A DNA stretch of 64,000 nt, taken from Candidatus Moraniibacteriota bacterium (GTDB taxonomy: Bacteria > Patescibacteriota > Minisyncoccia > Moranbacterales > DUUL01). The DNA lies in the NCBI GenBank assembly GCA_027008775.1, contig JALVDV010000004.1, positions 24,544-88,543 of the forward strand. Reading direction: 5' to 3'. The position numbers and the translations under genes were made by a program. Shown piece after piece: positions 18,920-27,872 of the stretch. Numbering within the stretch: position 1 is the first letter of the stretch; every line of letters starts with the position of its first letter. Under the pieces are notes generated by a model that had not been told where the DNA came from, searched no databases, and saw nothing but the letters and a program-made list of their open reading frames with translations.

Positions 18920-19354
18920 ATGGAAAAATGTAATTGGCAGAGTCATTTTGCCGAGAATGGTAAGTTCAGGAAGGAGGGCGTTGGCGACCTGGGAGAAAAG
19001 GTAGCGGCCAATTATTTGTTGGCGCAGGGTTATAAATTGTTGGCAGCCAATTTTTCCAATAAACGAGGTTACCTGGTAGGTGAAATAGACTTGGTAGTGA
19101 AAAATGAGAAAGAGCAGATTATTTTTGTGGAAGTGAAAACACGCAGAAACTTTAAGAGTGAGAGCAATCACGGAATTTTTCCGGAAAATGCCATAACTCC
19201 CGCCAAAATTAGAAAATTGGAGCGGGCGGCCGGAGTTTTTTTAAAACAGAATGGTTACAAGGATGTTCATTGGCGAATAGATGCAGTGGCGGTTATTTTT
19301 AATTTTGTCAGTCGGAAAATTTCCTTGCGACATATTAAATATATCAGAAGGTAG
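18920..19354 (+). CDS. YraN-family (UPF0102) predicted endonuclease
   Basis: 'GEKVAANYLLAQGYKLLAANF...GEIDLVVKNEKEQIIFVEVKTRRN'. The ORF is open from 18854, but 18920 gives the typical length. Confidence 0.6.
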   Translation: MEKCNWQSHFAENGKFRKEGVGDLGEKVAANYLLAQGYKLLAANFSNKRGYLVGEIDLVVKNEKEQIIFVEVKTRRNFKSESNHGIFPENAITPAKIRKLERAAGVFLKQNGYKDVHWRIDAVAVIFNFVSRKISLRHIKYIRR

Positions 19355-19511
19355 GATTCTTATGGTTGAAGAATTTTTGCAAAGTTTTCAGTTGGTGATC
19401 GGTTTTAATTTGACGGGAAATTTTCAGGAGCGAGATCAAAGCGGTTTATTTGATAGATGTTTTTTTTAGTGTTAAGATGCAGATGGCTATTTGAGTGTTT
19501 AATTTAGTAAG

Positions 19512-20129
19512 ATGGCAAAAATGAAAAACAGTTTAGAAGAATTGTTTGGGTCCAAGGAACGTTGGCGTTTGATTAAACTTTTTATTTTGAATGGTGAAAA
19601 TAAATATACAGTGGCGGAAATAGTAAGGAGAAATAAAATGGATGGGCGTAAGGTTCGTTCCATTATTAACCAGTTTGTCAGGGCCGGTTTTTTAAAAGAG
19701 AGAACGATGAAAAAAATAAAATATTATCAAGTAAATGTTGCTTTTCCATTTTTTGACGGATTGAAGCAACTGGTTATTCGTTCCAATTTGTATCCGGAAT
19801 GCGCTAGCTTGAAAAAAATAGAAAACTTGGGCAATGTTAAGCTCGGTTTAGTCTCGGGAATTTTTTTTGATAACAGCATTTCTAAAGCAGATTTGTTAAT
19901 TGTGGGCGATCATATTTCCAATGCCAAAATGAAGCATTTATTGGAGGATTTGGAGATTGAATTGGGGCGAGAGGTGAATTATTCCTTGATGACTCTGGAG
20001 GAATTTAAATATCGCATCAATATGTTTGATAAGTTTATTTTGGAATTTTTTGAAGGTCCCCATGAGATTATTGTCAATAAAGTTCCGAATGAAATCAGGC
20101 AATTGAAGAGGGCTAAAAAAATATCATAA
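19512..20129 (+). CDS. hypothetical protein with an N-terminal winged-helix-like domain
   Basis: ORF only. 'YTVAEIVRRNKMDGRKVRSIINQFVRAGFL' is wHTH-like. Confidence 0.35.
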   Translation: MAKMKNSLEELFGSKERWRLIKLFILNGENKYTVAEIVRRNKMDGRKVRSIINQFVRAGFLKERTMKKIKYYQVNVAFPFFDGLKQLVIRSNLYPECASLKKIENLGNVKLGLVSGIFFDNSISKADLLIVGDHISNAKMKHLLEDLEIELGREVNYSLMTLEEFKYRINMFDKFILEFFEGPHEIIVNKVPNEIRQLKRAKKIS

Positions 20130-20602
20130 TGAATAAAATTCAGCCGAAAACTTTTGTTAGAAAGAATTTGGAAGTTCTTGAGGTTTTGTTTTGGAAGAAC
20201 AAAGTTTTGGTTTTTCTGGTTTATAGTTCTTTGTTTTTAAATCTGTTGATCTGGGGGGTTCTTTTTTGGTTTTTTAAAAATGCTGGGGAGTATAATTTAA
20301 TTATTCACTATAATGTTTACTTGGGTGTTGATGGGATTTTGATAAATGATGAACCTCAGAGTTGGTTTAATTTGTTTTTGCCGGCGGCCGGAGGATTTTT
20401 ATTTTGGCTGATTAGTGTTTGGTTAAGTGTTTTTTTAATTTTTCAACTGGATAGGTTTGATAATAACAAGAGCGCTTTGAGTTCTTTTATCAGTAACAGG
20501 TCAATTAGTTTTGTCAGCGTGAGAATTTTATTGATTAGCGCTTGGATGTTGCAACTTGTTTTGTTGGTGTATATAATTTCTCTTTGGGTAATAAATTACT
20601 AG
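20129..20602 (+). CDS. hypothetical membrane protein (4 TM)
   Basis: Start overlaps the previous stop (ATGA). Confidence 0.45.
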   Translation: MNKIQPKTFVRKNLEVLEVLFWKNKVLVFLVYSSLFLNLLIWGVLFWFFKNAGEYNLIIHYNVYLGVDGILINDEPQSWFNLFLPAAGGFLFWLISVWLSVFLIFQLDRFDNNKSALSSFISNRSISFVSVRILLISAWMLQLVLLVYIISLWVINY

Positions 20603-20603
20603 A

Positions 20604-22325
20604 ATGGTAACTAAAAAAAATTGGTCTTATCCTGACCCGAAAACCACTGATCCGGTGGAGCATCGTATTCAAAGGTTCTGGGAAATATTGCCCGGCTTTT
20701 TGACTTGGTTAACTTTACTGGGGATGTTCTTTTTTGCCTGGTGGAAGCCGGTATGGGCGGCGGTTTTTATTATTTCTTATGATCTTTACTGGTTGTACAA
20801 GACGATTTATATTGCCAGTTATTCCATTATGTCTTACCGAAAGATGCGTCGCTGGGAAAAAATTGATTGGCTTCATCGTCTGAAGGCCATTTTCAAAGGG
20901 AAAAAAATATTGAAGGAGTTGGATGAAGAAATTGCCAGACTGGAGAAAAGGATTAAAGAGGCTCCTTTGTTTAGCAAGAAAAGACGAGAATTGAAACAGC
21001 AACTAGTAGAGAGAAAGAATTTTAGGAAAAGAGCGGAAAAAGATTTGCGTCATCGTGACAAATTTTTGGACTGGCGGAAGGTTTACCATGTTATTTTATT
21101 GCCCAATGCTATAGAGACAGCAGAAAATATTAGACCGGCCATTCAAGCGGTTTTAGATTCCAATTATCCGAAAGACAAAATAATTATTGTCTTGGCGATG
21201 GAAGAGAGGGAGCCGGAGGAGAAGCGGAAAAAGAAAGAGAGAATATTGAGGCGAGAATTTGGCGATAAATTTTTTGATTTTATTGTTACCGTTCATAAGG
21301 TGAAGGGTAAGGAAATGAAGTGTAAGGCCTCCAATACAACTTACGCTGCCAAAAAAATTAAGAAATATTTGGAGGAGAAAAATATTCCTTTGGAAAATGT
21401 TATCTTATCCAATCTTGATTGTGAGTCCAGAATTCACCCGCAGTACTTGGCGGCTTTGACTTACGCTTATGTGACAGAACCAAAACGTTTGCAATACGCT
21501 TACCAACCCTTGCCGATGTATCATAACAATCTTTGGGACACAATTGCACCGGTGCGAATAATTGTAACAGGATCGTCTTTTTGGCACATGGTGGAGGCAA
21601 TGCGTCCGGAGCATATGGTGACCTTCTCTTCGCACAGTGAACCATTTAAAACTATTGTTGATATCGGTTATTGGCCGGTTAATGTTATTTCCGAGGATTC
21701 TTTGGTATTTTGGAACGCCTATAATTATTTTGATGGTGATTATGAAGTGAAGCCGATTTATTTGCCGGTTTCCATGGATGCGGTTTTGGGTAATAATTAT
21801 TGGCACACCATTAAAAATCAATACAAGCAAAATCACCGCTGGGCTTACGGGATTGAAAATTTACCCTTGCTTTATCGGGCGATGCGCAAAAACAAAAAAA
21901 TTCCTTTTTGGACCAAGGTAAGACACCTTTTTACCATGTTGGAAGGTCATCATAGTTGGGCCACTTCTTCTTTTATTTTAGCTTTGCTGGGCTGGTTGCC
22001 GTTGATTTTGGGGGGCAACAAATTTAATGAATCAATTTTGGCGCACAACTTGCCTTTTGTTACTCGTTATTTGATGACGATTGCTTTAGTTGGCTTGTTT
22101 GTTTCTATGATTTTGAGTTTGTTTTTAATGCCGGCTAGACCAAGAGGACATTCTCGTAAAAAATATTTGGTGATGATTTTACAGTGGGTAATAGCGCCGA
22201 TTATTGCTCCTTTTTTAGGAGCGGCGCCGGCGGTACATGCTCAAACAAGGTTGATGTTGAAGCGTTATATGGGAGAGTTTTGGGTAACGGAAAAAATTAT
22301 CAAAAAACCGAAAAGCTCTAGATAG
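20604..22325 (+). CDS. processive family-2 glycosyltransferase (cellulose/chitin-synthase-like) with N- and C-terminal TM domains
   Basis: 'QNHRWAYG' = Q(x2)RW motif; GT-A-like central domain; TM helices on both sides. Confidence 0.6.
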   Translation: MVTKKNWSYPDPKTTDPVEHRIQRFWEILPGFLTWLTLLGMFFFAWWKPVWAAVFIISYDLYWLYKTIYIASYSIMSYRKMRRWEKIDWLHRLKAIFKGKKILKELDEEIARLEKRIKEAPLFSKKRRELKQQLVERKNFRKRAEKDLRHRDKFLDWRKVYHVILLPNAIETAENIRPAIQAVLDSNYPKDKIIIVLAMEEREPEEKRKKKERILRREFGDKFFDFIVTVHKVKGKEMKCKASNTTYAAKKIKKYLEEKNIPLENVILSNLDCESRIHPQYLAALTYAYVTEPKRLQYAYQPLPMYHNNLWDTIAPVRIIVTGSSFWHMVEAMRPEHMVTFSSHSEPFKTIVDIGYWPVNVISEDSLVFWNAYNYFDGDYEVKPIYLPVSMDAVLGNNYWHTIKNQYKQNHRWAYGIENLPLLYRAMRKNKKIPFWTKVRHLFTMLEGHHSWATSSFILALLGWLPLILGGNKFNESILAHNLPFVTRYLMTIALVGLFVSMILSLFLMPARPRGHSRKKYLVMILQWVIAPIIAPFLGAAPAVHAQTRLMLKRYMGEFWVTEKIIKKPKSSR

Positions 22326-22406
22326 AGGTTGGTCCGGTTTGATCTGAGCGGAAATTACTTCTAATATTTATTCAGGTAGTTCTTGGGGTTGGTTCGTTAT
22401 TAATAC

Positions 22407-23390
22407 TTGCTTATGCTTTGGATTTTTTTTCAGTCTCTTTTATTAAGCGCTTTTTTGTTTTTAGTGTTGAGAAAGTGGTTGCCGATTGAAAAGAAAAGAT
22501 GGGGCGGGGCGGTGATGATATTTGTTTTTATTTGCTTAACGTTATGGCATTCAGAGTTGGAGTTGAGTAGGCAATTGGTTGGTTTGCTGTTAGGGAGCGG
22601 GGCGATTTTGCTATTCGGACTAGTTGACGACAAGAAAAATTTTTCTTGGGTTAGTCAGTTAGTTTTTCAATTTTTTTTGGCGTTGGCGTTATTTTTTTTC
22701 GGTTTTCAAATTGACTTTTTTAAATTGGGACCGGAACAAATTGTTAGATTGGATCAGATTGTTTTTTGGGGCATTGCCTGGCCGAGTATTTTTTTTGTTT
22801 TGGTCTGGTTTCTTGTTTCGGTCAATGCCGTTAATTGGTTTGATGGTTCCGATTCGGCGCTGGCCGGTTTAGCCTTGGTGGCCGGCTTGGGCTTACTCTA
22901 TGTCAGTTTTTTGCCGGAAGTGAATCAACCGGCTATAGGTATTTTGAGCGCTATTTTACTGGGAGCGGTGACGGCTTTTTTGTTTTTTAATTTGCCACCG
23001 GCCAAGTTGGAAGCCGGGACTTCCGGGAGTTATTTTATAGCTTTTGTTTTGGCCGGTTTGGCGATTATGGCCGGCAGTAAGATTTTGACTTTGATGATTG
23101 TTTTGATTTTGCCCCTACTTGATTTTTTTTGGGTGTTAGTTGGCCGTTGGCGAAGAGGACAGTCAATTTTTCAGAGAGATAAAAGTCATTTACACCATCG
23201 TTTGCAAAAAATAGGTTGGCAAGACAGGGATATATTTCTTTTGTATATGTCTTTTTTGACAGTTGTTTTGATTATTTATTCTTTGCTGACAGACCGTTGG
23301 GCGCGTTTGGGTTTGCTTTTCTCGGAAGCTCTGATTATTCTATTGTTTTTTTCTTTTGTACAGTTTAGACTAAAAAAAATTAAAAGTTAA
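22407..23390 (+). CDS. polyprenyl-phosphate sugar-1-phosphate transferase (MraY/WecA family)
   Basis: 'VNAVNWFDGSDSALAG' = N-x2-N-x2-DG-x-D-x-LAG motif; about 10 TM. Confidence 0.65.
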   Translation: MLMLWIFFQSLLLSAFLFLVLRKWLPIEKKRWGGAVMIFVFICLTLWHSELELSRQLVGLLLGSGAILLFGLVDDKKNFSWVSQLVFQFFLALALFFFGFQIDFFKLGPEQIVRLDQIVFWGIAWPSIFFVLVWFLVSVNAVNWFDGSDSALAGLALVAGLGLLYVSFLPEVNQPAIGILSAILLGAVTAFLFFNLPPAKLEAGTSGSYFIAFVLAGLAIMAGSKILTLMIVLILPLLDFFWVLVGRWRRGQSIFQRDKSHLHHRLQKIGWQDRDIFLLYMSFLTVVLIIYSLLTDRWARLGLLFSEALIILLFFSFVQFRLKKIKS

Positions 23391-23398
23391 TTTTAAAA

Positions 23399-23863
23399 AT
23401 GAATTCTATTGGAAGAGAAAAAATGCTTTGGATATTTGGTCTGCTGATTTTATTGGTTTTGTTTTTCCTGTTGATTTGGAATTTAAGCGCTCGTTTTTTT
23501 GCGAACAAGGATTTGGTGTTTTTGGAAGTAAATGGCGAAGTGATTAAAGTTTGGTTGGCCGATGATGACCAAGAACGTTTTCGGGGCTTGAGTGACAGAG
23601 TTGATTTAGGTCCGGCTGAAGGGATGTTATTTTTATACGACCGGTCGGAATATCACGCTCATGTGATGAGAAGGATGCTTTTTCCTTTGGATTTTTTGTT
23701 TGTTGATGGTGATCAGGTGGTTGACTTGGTGAAGGGCATTCCTCAAAATTTTCCTGGTTTAATAAAGGGTCGGAAGCAGTATGACAAGGTTTTGGAGTTG
23801 CCGGCCGGTTGGATAAATAAACATAAGATACAAGTGGGAGACAAAATTAAGTTTTTGTTTTGA
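23399..23863 (+). CDS. DUF192 (COG1430) domain protein, N-terminal TM
   Basis: 'GLSDRVDLGPAEGMLFLYDRSEYHAHVMRRMLFPLDFLFVD'. Confidence 0.65.
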   Translation: MNSIGREKMLWIFGLLILLVLFFLLIWNLSARFFANKDLVFLEVNGEVIKVWLADDDQERFRGLSDRVDLGPAEGMLFLYDRSEYHAHVMRRMLFPLDFLFVDGDQVVDLVKGIPQNFPGLIKGRKQYDKVLELPAGWINKHKIQVGDKIKFLF

Positions 23864-24219
23864 CAGAGATGTTGACGATGAATTTCAAAAATGACCGCAA
23901 ATATTTTTGGACTATGCATGCGCGTCGGAAAATCAGGCAATATAATTTGTCGCCGGGTTTAGTTAAAAGGATTTTACGAAATCCGGACAGAGTGGAAGAG
24001 GGAATTGCGCAGAAAACAATTGCGGCGATGAAAGACAAATCCACTAAATCACAAGAAAAAGAAGTTTGGGTAATGTATCAACTGCTTAAAAGTCAACGTA
24101 AAAAAATCATTTCCGCTTGGATCTATCCGGGCAAAACAAAACCGGGTAAGGAAATTTTTATTCCGGATGAAGTGTTGTTGGAATTGGAGAAGATACGGAA
24201 GGGAAACAAAGATGAATAA
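23860..24219 (+). CDS. DUF4258-like small protein
   Basis: 'WTMHARRKIRQYNLSPGLVKRILRNPDRVEEG...KEVWVMYQ...IISAWIYP'; overlaps the previous stop (ATGA). Confidence 0.4.
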   Translation: MTEMLTMNFKNDRKYFWTMHARRKIRQYNLSPGLVKRILRNPDRVEEGIAQKTIAAMKDKSTKSQEKEVWVMYQLLKSQRKKIISAWIYPGKTKPGKEIFIPDEVLLELEKIRKGNKDE

Positions 24220-24222
24220 AGT

Positions 24223-25266
24223 TTATTTCTCTGAAGAAGCTCTTGTTACTTTGGGTTGTTTTTGGGAAGAGAGAAAGTTGTTAACCAGAGAGAGAATTTT
24301 GTTGAAATCGTTTTCCCAGATTATTCTTTGATCTCGCCGGAACCAAGTTCTTTGTCGTTTGGCGTAATTTTTTTCCGCCAAGAAAATTTTTTCCAGAAGA
24401 TCTTGTTTGTTTAGTGGTGGTTTATCGGAATTGTTTTTTGCTGATAGAGATTCCTTTTTCTGAAGATAAAGAGGAATCCAGTAATAGGCTAGGCCGAATT
24501 TTTGAATATCTTCCCAAGTCATTTGGTATTTCTTTTTGATGTTTTTTACTTCTTCAATCATTCCCTCTGTCCAGCGACTTTGTAGTCGTTTTTTGATTTT
24601 TTGGGCCAGTTTTTCTCTGGGCCAGTCAAGGCCTATTTGTAGAAAATCTAGGTGGCGAGGAGGTTTTTTTCTGGGCGCGGGCATTTTTCCCAGGGTGTTG
24701 ATTATTTCCAGAGCTCTGATGAGGCGTTGTCTATTGTGCGAATCAATTTTTCGGGCGTAGCAAGCATCTTTATTTTTTAAGAGGACAAAAAGTTCTTCCG
24801 TTGTTTTTTGGGAGAGTTGTTGACGAAAATTTTGGTTTGGTTTGATGGCCGGAAAGATTGGTTGGTCAATAAGAGCTTGGATCCAGAAACCGGTACCTCC
24901 GCAAACAATGGGGATTTTTTGGCGAGCCGATATTTGTTTAATCAGGCGTAAAGCGTCTTTTTGAAAATTGCTGACATTATAACGATTTTCGTCTTGCAAA
25001 TGTCGGCGAGGGTCTTCAAAGTCAAGTAGGTGGTGAGGAATTTCGCGATAGAAATAAATTTCTTGGTCTTTGTTTTTTTGCCAATACCCGGGAACTTTGC
25101 CGGTGCCCAGATTTAGGTCACAGTAAATTTGTCGGGAATCAGCGGAGATTATTTCTCCGTTTATTTTTTGCGCCAAATCCACGGCCAGGTCCGATTTGCC
25201 GGAAGAAGTCGGTCCGAGGATGACAATAACTTTGGTGTTTTCTGTCTGGCTTTTGTTCTTGTTCAT
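24223..25266 (-). CDS. miaA: tRNA dimethylallyltransferase
   Basis: P-loop 'VIVILGPTSSGKSDLAVDLA', 'ISADSRQIY'. Start set at internal Met (MNKNKSQ); the ORF extends to 25335. Confidence 0.88.
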   Translation of the reverse strand: MNKNKSQTENTKVIVILGPTSSGKSDLAVDLAQKINGEIISADSRQIYCDLNLGTGKVPGYWQKNKDQEIYFYREIPHHLLDFEDPRRHLQDENRYNVSNFQKDALRLIKQISARQKIPIVCGGTGFWIQALIDQPIFPAIKPNQNFRQQLSQKTTEELFVLLKNKDACYARKIDSHNRQRLIRALEIINTLGKMPAPRKKPPRHLDFLQIGLDWPREKLAQKIKKRLQSRWTEGMIEEVKNIKKKYQMTWEDIQKFGLAYYWIPLYLQKKESLSAKNNSDKPPLNKQDLLEKIFLAEKNYAKRQRTWFRRDQRIIWENDFNKILSLVNNFLSSQKQPKVTRASSEK

Positions 25267-25436
25267 AAACAGTTTTATTGGTGACCGAAAATTATTTATT
25301 GTTTTTTGGATGGCTTCTTGTTTGTTGTATAGCATACAACATTTGTTGGAAAAGAAAAGGCTTGGCTTGATGGTTTTGTTCCTATTTTTCCAAAAAATAG
25401 GGGGTTATTTTGATAAATCAGAGAGCCAATGTTTGG

Positions 25437-25465
25437 TTGACAAATTTATTAAAATGTGCTAGACT
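25437..25465 (+). promoter_or_regulatory. promoter TTGACA-17-TAGACT (TGn-extended)
   Basis: Read directly; about 160-nt leader before the 3D-domain gene. Confidence 0.5.
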
Positions 25466-25624
25466 GCTACGGTCAGCCGATTGAGGTTGATTTTTTATTT
25501 GCTCGGGCTAAAACAAGGTTTTTGTCCAAAATTAAGCAAATAAATATGCCCAGTAAGTCAATGCTAGTCCCATTTGATTTGTGGGCATTCCCGTTTTAGC
25601 GGGAATAATCAATTAAATTGTTTA

Positions 25625-26173
25625 ATGAGTAAAATCATTAAATTAATTTTGTTGCTGTTGTTGGTTTTGTTGCCGATGACAGCTTTGGCCGGAGATTTTC
25701 GGAAAGGGGAGGGAAATAAAATTTATCTTTCCTCGGCTTCCGGTAAGGTTAATGTTCAAACAAAACTTGAAGAAAAATTGTCGCCGGATGTTTTCCAATT
25801 TAAAACCAGGCTGGAGGAAAACATGGAAAGACGAAATAAATTGGTTTTGGAAAAGTACAAAAACAAATTAAACAAAAGTAACTTCAAAACGGGTAAAAAG
25901 CAGATTTTGGTGACCGGTTATTCATCTACGCCGGATCAATGTTCGGGAGACCCTTTCCGGACAGCCAGTGGAACGAGAGTTCACAAGGGCACGATGGCTT
26001 GTCCGCCACAATATCCTTTCGGGACCAAGATTGTGATTGAAAATGTGGGAACTTTTGTTTGCGAGGATCGTGGGGGAGCGATTAAGGGAAATCATTTTGA
26101 TATGTGGTTTTCTTCCCGAAGCCAGGCTTTGGCTTGGGGAAAGAGAGTGGTAATGGCGGAAATTGTTAATTAA
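25625..26173 (+). CDS. secreted 3D-domain (MltA-like double-psi beta-barrel) protein
   Basis: Signal peptide 'MSKIIKLILLLLLVLLPMTALA'; 'ILVTGYSSTPDQCSGDPFRTASGTRVHKGTMACPP...GTKIVIENVGTFVCEDRGGAIKGNHFDMWF'. Confidence 0.75.
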   Translation: MSKIIKLILLLLLVLLPMTALAGDFRKGEGNKIYLSSASGKVNVQTKLEEKLSPDVFQFKTRLEENMERRNKLVLEKYKNKLNKSNFKTGKKQILVTGYSSTPDQCSGDPFRTASGTRVHKGTMACPPQYPFGTKIVIENVGTFVCEDRGGAIKGNHFDMWFSSRSQALAWGKRVVMAEIVN

Positions 26174-26238
26174 AAAGTGATTTTCGAAGTTAACAAGAGG
26201 ATTGAAATTGAAAATAAGCAAAATTGTTTAAACAAGAA

Positions 26239-26264
26239 GCGGGCTGCCCCCGCTTTTTGTTTTT
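26239..26264 (+). terminator. terminator GCGGG-ctgc-CCCGC followed by TTTTTGTTTTT
   Basis: Read directly. Confidence 0.7.
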
Positions 26265-26443
26265 GGAGTAATAAAGAATTTTTTAGTTTTGATTTTTCAG
26301 GAGAAGGTCGATTGTTTTTTTAGTTGCACAAAGGGATATCTCTCCGGTTTTGTCAGTTTTACTTGACTGTATCTTTGTTTTCTTTATAATTGACCGTGTT
26401 GGTGTGAGTTCATTTTCTTAGAAAAATAGAAGGAGGAAACAAA

Positions 26444-26644
26444 ATGAAACTGGACAAACAGAAATTCAGGCCACTAGAAGAGGTGGAGATGCCGGACTCA
26501 CAACGCGATTTTCTTCGTTCTTGTGGGGTAGGGTATGCTTACAAATATGGTGACAGGTGGTATGCGGAAAGACGAATTTGTGGTGTAGCGCTCTATTTCT
26601 ATGGTCGCGGAGATAAGGCTGATAGCTGGGAGAGAGTTTTTTAA
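26444..26644 (+). CDS. small standalone protein (66 aa), Trp/Tyr/Arg-rich, no homology recognised
   Basis: Own promoter (TTGACT-16-TATAAT), perfect SD GAAGGAGG, and own terminator. Confidence 0.5.
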   Translation: MKLDKQKFRPLEEVEMPDSQRDFLRSCGVGYAYKYGDRWYAERRICGVALYFYGRGDKADSWERVF

Positions 26645-26652
26645 CGTGTTTA

Positions 26653-26702
26653 GGGCAGATATTAAAAATGAGGTATCTGCCCCCTTTTTTTATAAATGCT
26701 TG
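26653..26702 (+). terminator. terminator GGGCAGATA-loop-TATCTGCCC followed by CCTTTTTTTT
   Basis: Read directly. Confidence 0.8.
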
Positions 26703-26737
26703 CCTTCACAAAAACTCAATTTTTCCGTTTTCATTAA

Positions 26738-27145
26738 TTAATCAATAAAACCAAAATGTTTTAGGGTGGGGATGATGTTGGGCGCCAGGTTTTCTTTTTC
26801 CAAGTCGGATAGATTGAGCCAAGCCCAATCTTTGATAAAATCGGCCGGTTTGACGGGAGTTAGTCTTTCAGCCAAATAGTGTACCAAGATGACATCAAGT
26901 TTTTCTTGGCCAACATTTTTTTGGGTATAAAGCAGAAATGGTTGGTCGGACAAAATTTTGATCTCAATGCCGAGTTCTTCGCGGGAGCGGATGATGGCTG
27001 TTTCTTGCAAGTTTTTTCCGGGTTTGATTTGTCCGCCACAAAATTTCCAGAAGTCGGAATCACCGTGTTTGTCCAATAAGACCTTGTTGTTTTCCACGAT
27101 TACCGGTCCAGAGGCGATGATGATTTTATTTGTTGTTTCAACCAT
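26738..27145 (-). CDS. NUDIX hydrolase
   Basis: Nudix box 'GGQIKPGKNLQETAIIRSREELGIE'. Confidence 0.8.
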   Translation of the reverse strand: MVETTNKIIIASGPVIVENNKVLLDKHGDSDFWKFCGGQIKPGKNLQETAIIRSREELGIEIKILSDQPFLLYTQKNVGQEKLDVILVHYLAERLTPVKPADFIKDWAWLNLSDLEKENLAPNIIPTLKHFGFID

Positions 27146-27190
27146 GGTCTGTATTAATTCTTTATAAGAAATTGAAAAAAGTGTTTTTGA

Positions 27191-27790
27191 TTACTTATTT
27201 TGGTCTAACTTTTTGTAGGTCATTTTCTTAAGATTTTTCCACCAGTTAGTGGAAGAGGTTTTTTCCATTTCGGTCAGGAGTTTTTTGGCTGATTCGGTTT
27301 CAACCGCTTTGGAAACATTGTCAATCCAGTTTTGGGTGGAAGAATATCCTTGTTCTTTATATTCCTTGGCTTGAAAAGCCATTTCCAGCCAATCGGCGTC
27401 TCTGGCTACAATGCCTTCTTTGGTGTTTCTGTCTGTAAATTCTTGAAAGTATTTTTGCCATTTTTCTTCAACTGTTGTTCCCAAGTTTTCTATTTGTTCC
27501 CGGAAGGCTTGACGAGAAGGTTCTTTGTTGGAGTAGTAACGGGCGGCAACTTTATGTTGGTCGCCAATTCTGGCTTCGGCGATGTCATGAATAATAAGCA
27601 TAGAAGCGACTTTTTCCGGGTTGACATTTTCCATAACGGCCAGAATGTAGCCAATTTGGGCGGCGCGTAAAGTGTGTTCGGCGATGGAAGCGGAGCCGGC
27701 CGCCGGCAGGCCGGCCAACGACCAACCACTGGTTTTTCTTTTTAATTGACTCATCTCAAAGATGAAGTTGACGATTTTCTTGATGTCCAT
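27191..27790 (-). CDS. HD-domain phosphohydrolase (YfbR-like)
   Basis: 'MLIIHDIAEARIGD' H...HD...D motif. Confidence 0.7.
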   Translation of the reverse strand: MDIKKIVNFIFEMSQLKRKTSGWSLAGLPAAGSASIAEHTLRAAQIGYILAVMENVNPEKVASMLIIHDIAEARIGDQHKVAARYYSNKEPSRQAFREQIENLGTTVEEKWQKYFQEFTDRNTKEGIVARDADWLEMAFQAKEYKEQGYSSTQNWIDNVSKAVETESAKKLLTEMEKTSSTNWWKNLKKMTYKKLDQNK

Positions 27791-27872
27791 TATTTTGCTT
27801 GTTTACTTTTTATTTTTGCTTATTTTTCATTTTTATTGTAAATGAATTATAGTTGTTTGACAATTCTGATAT

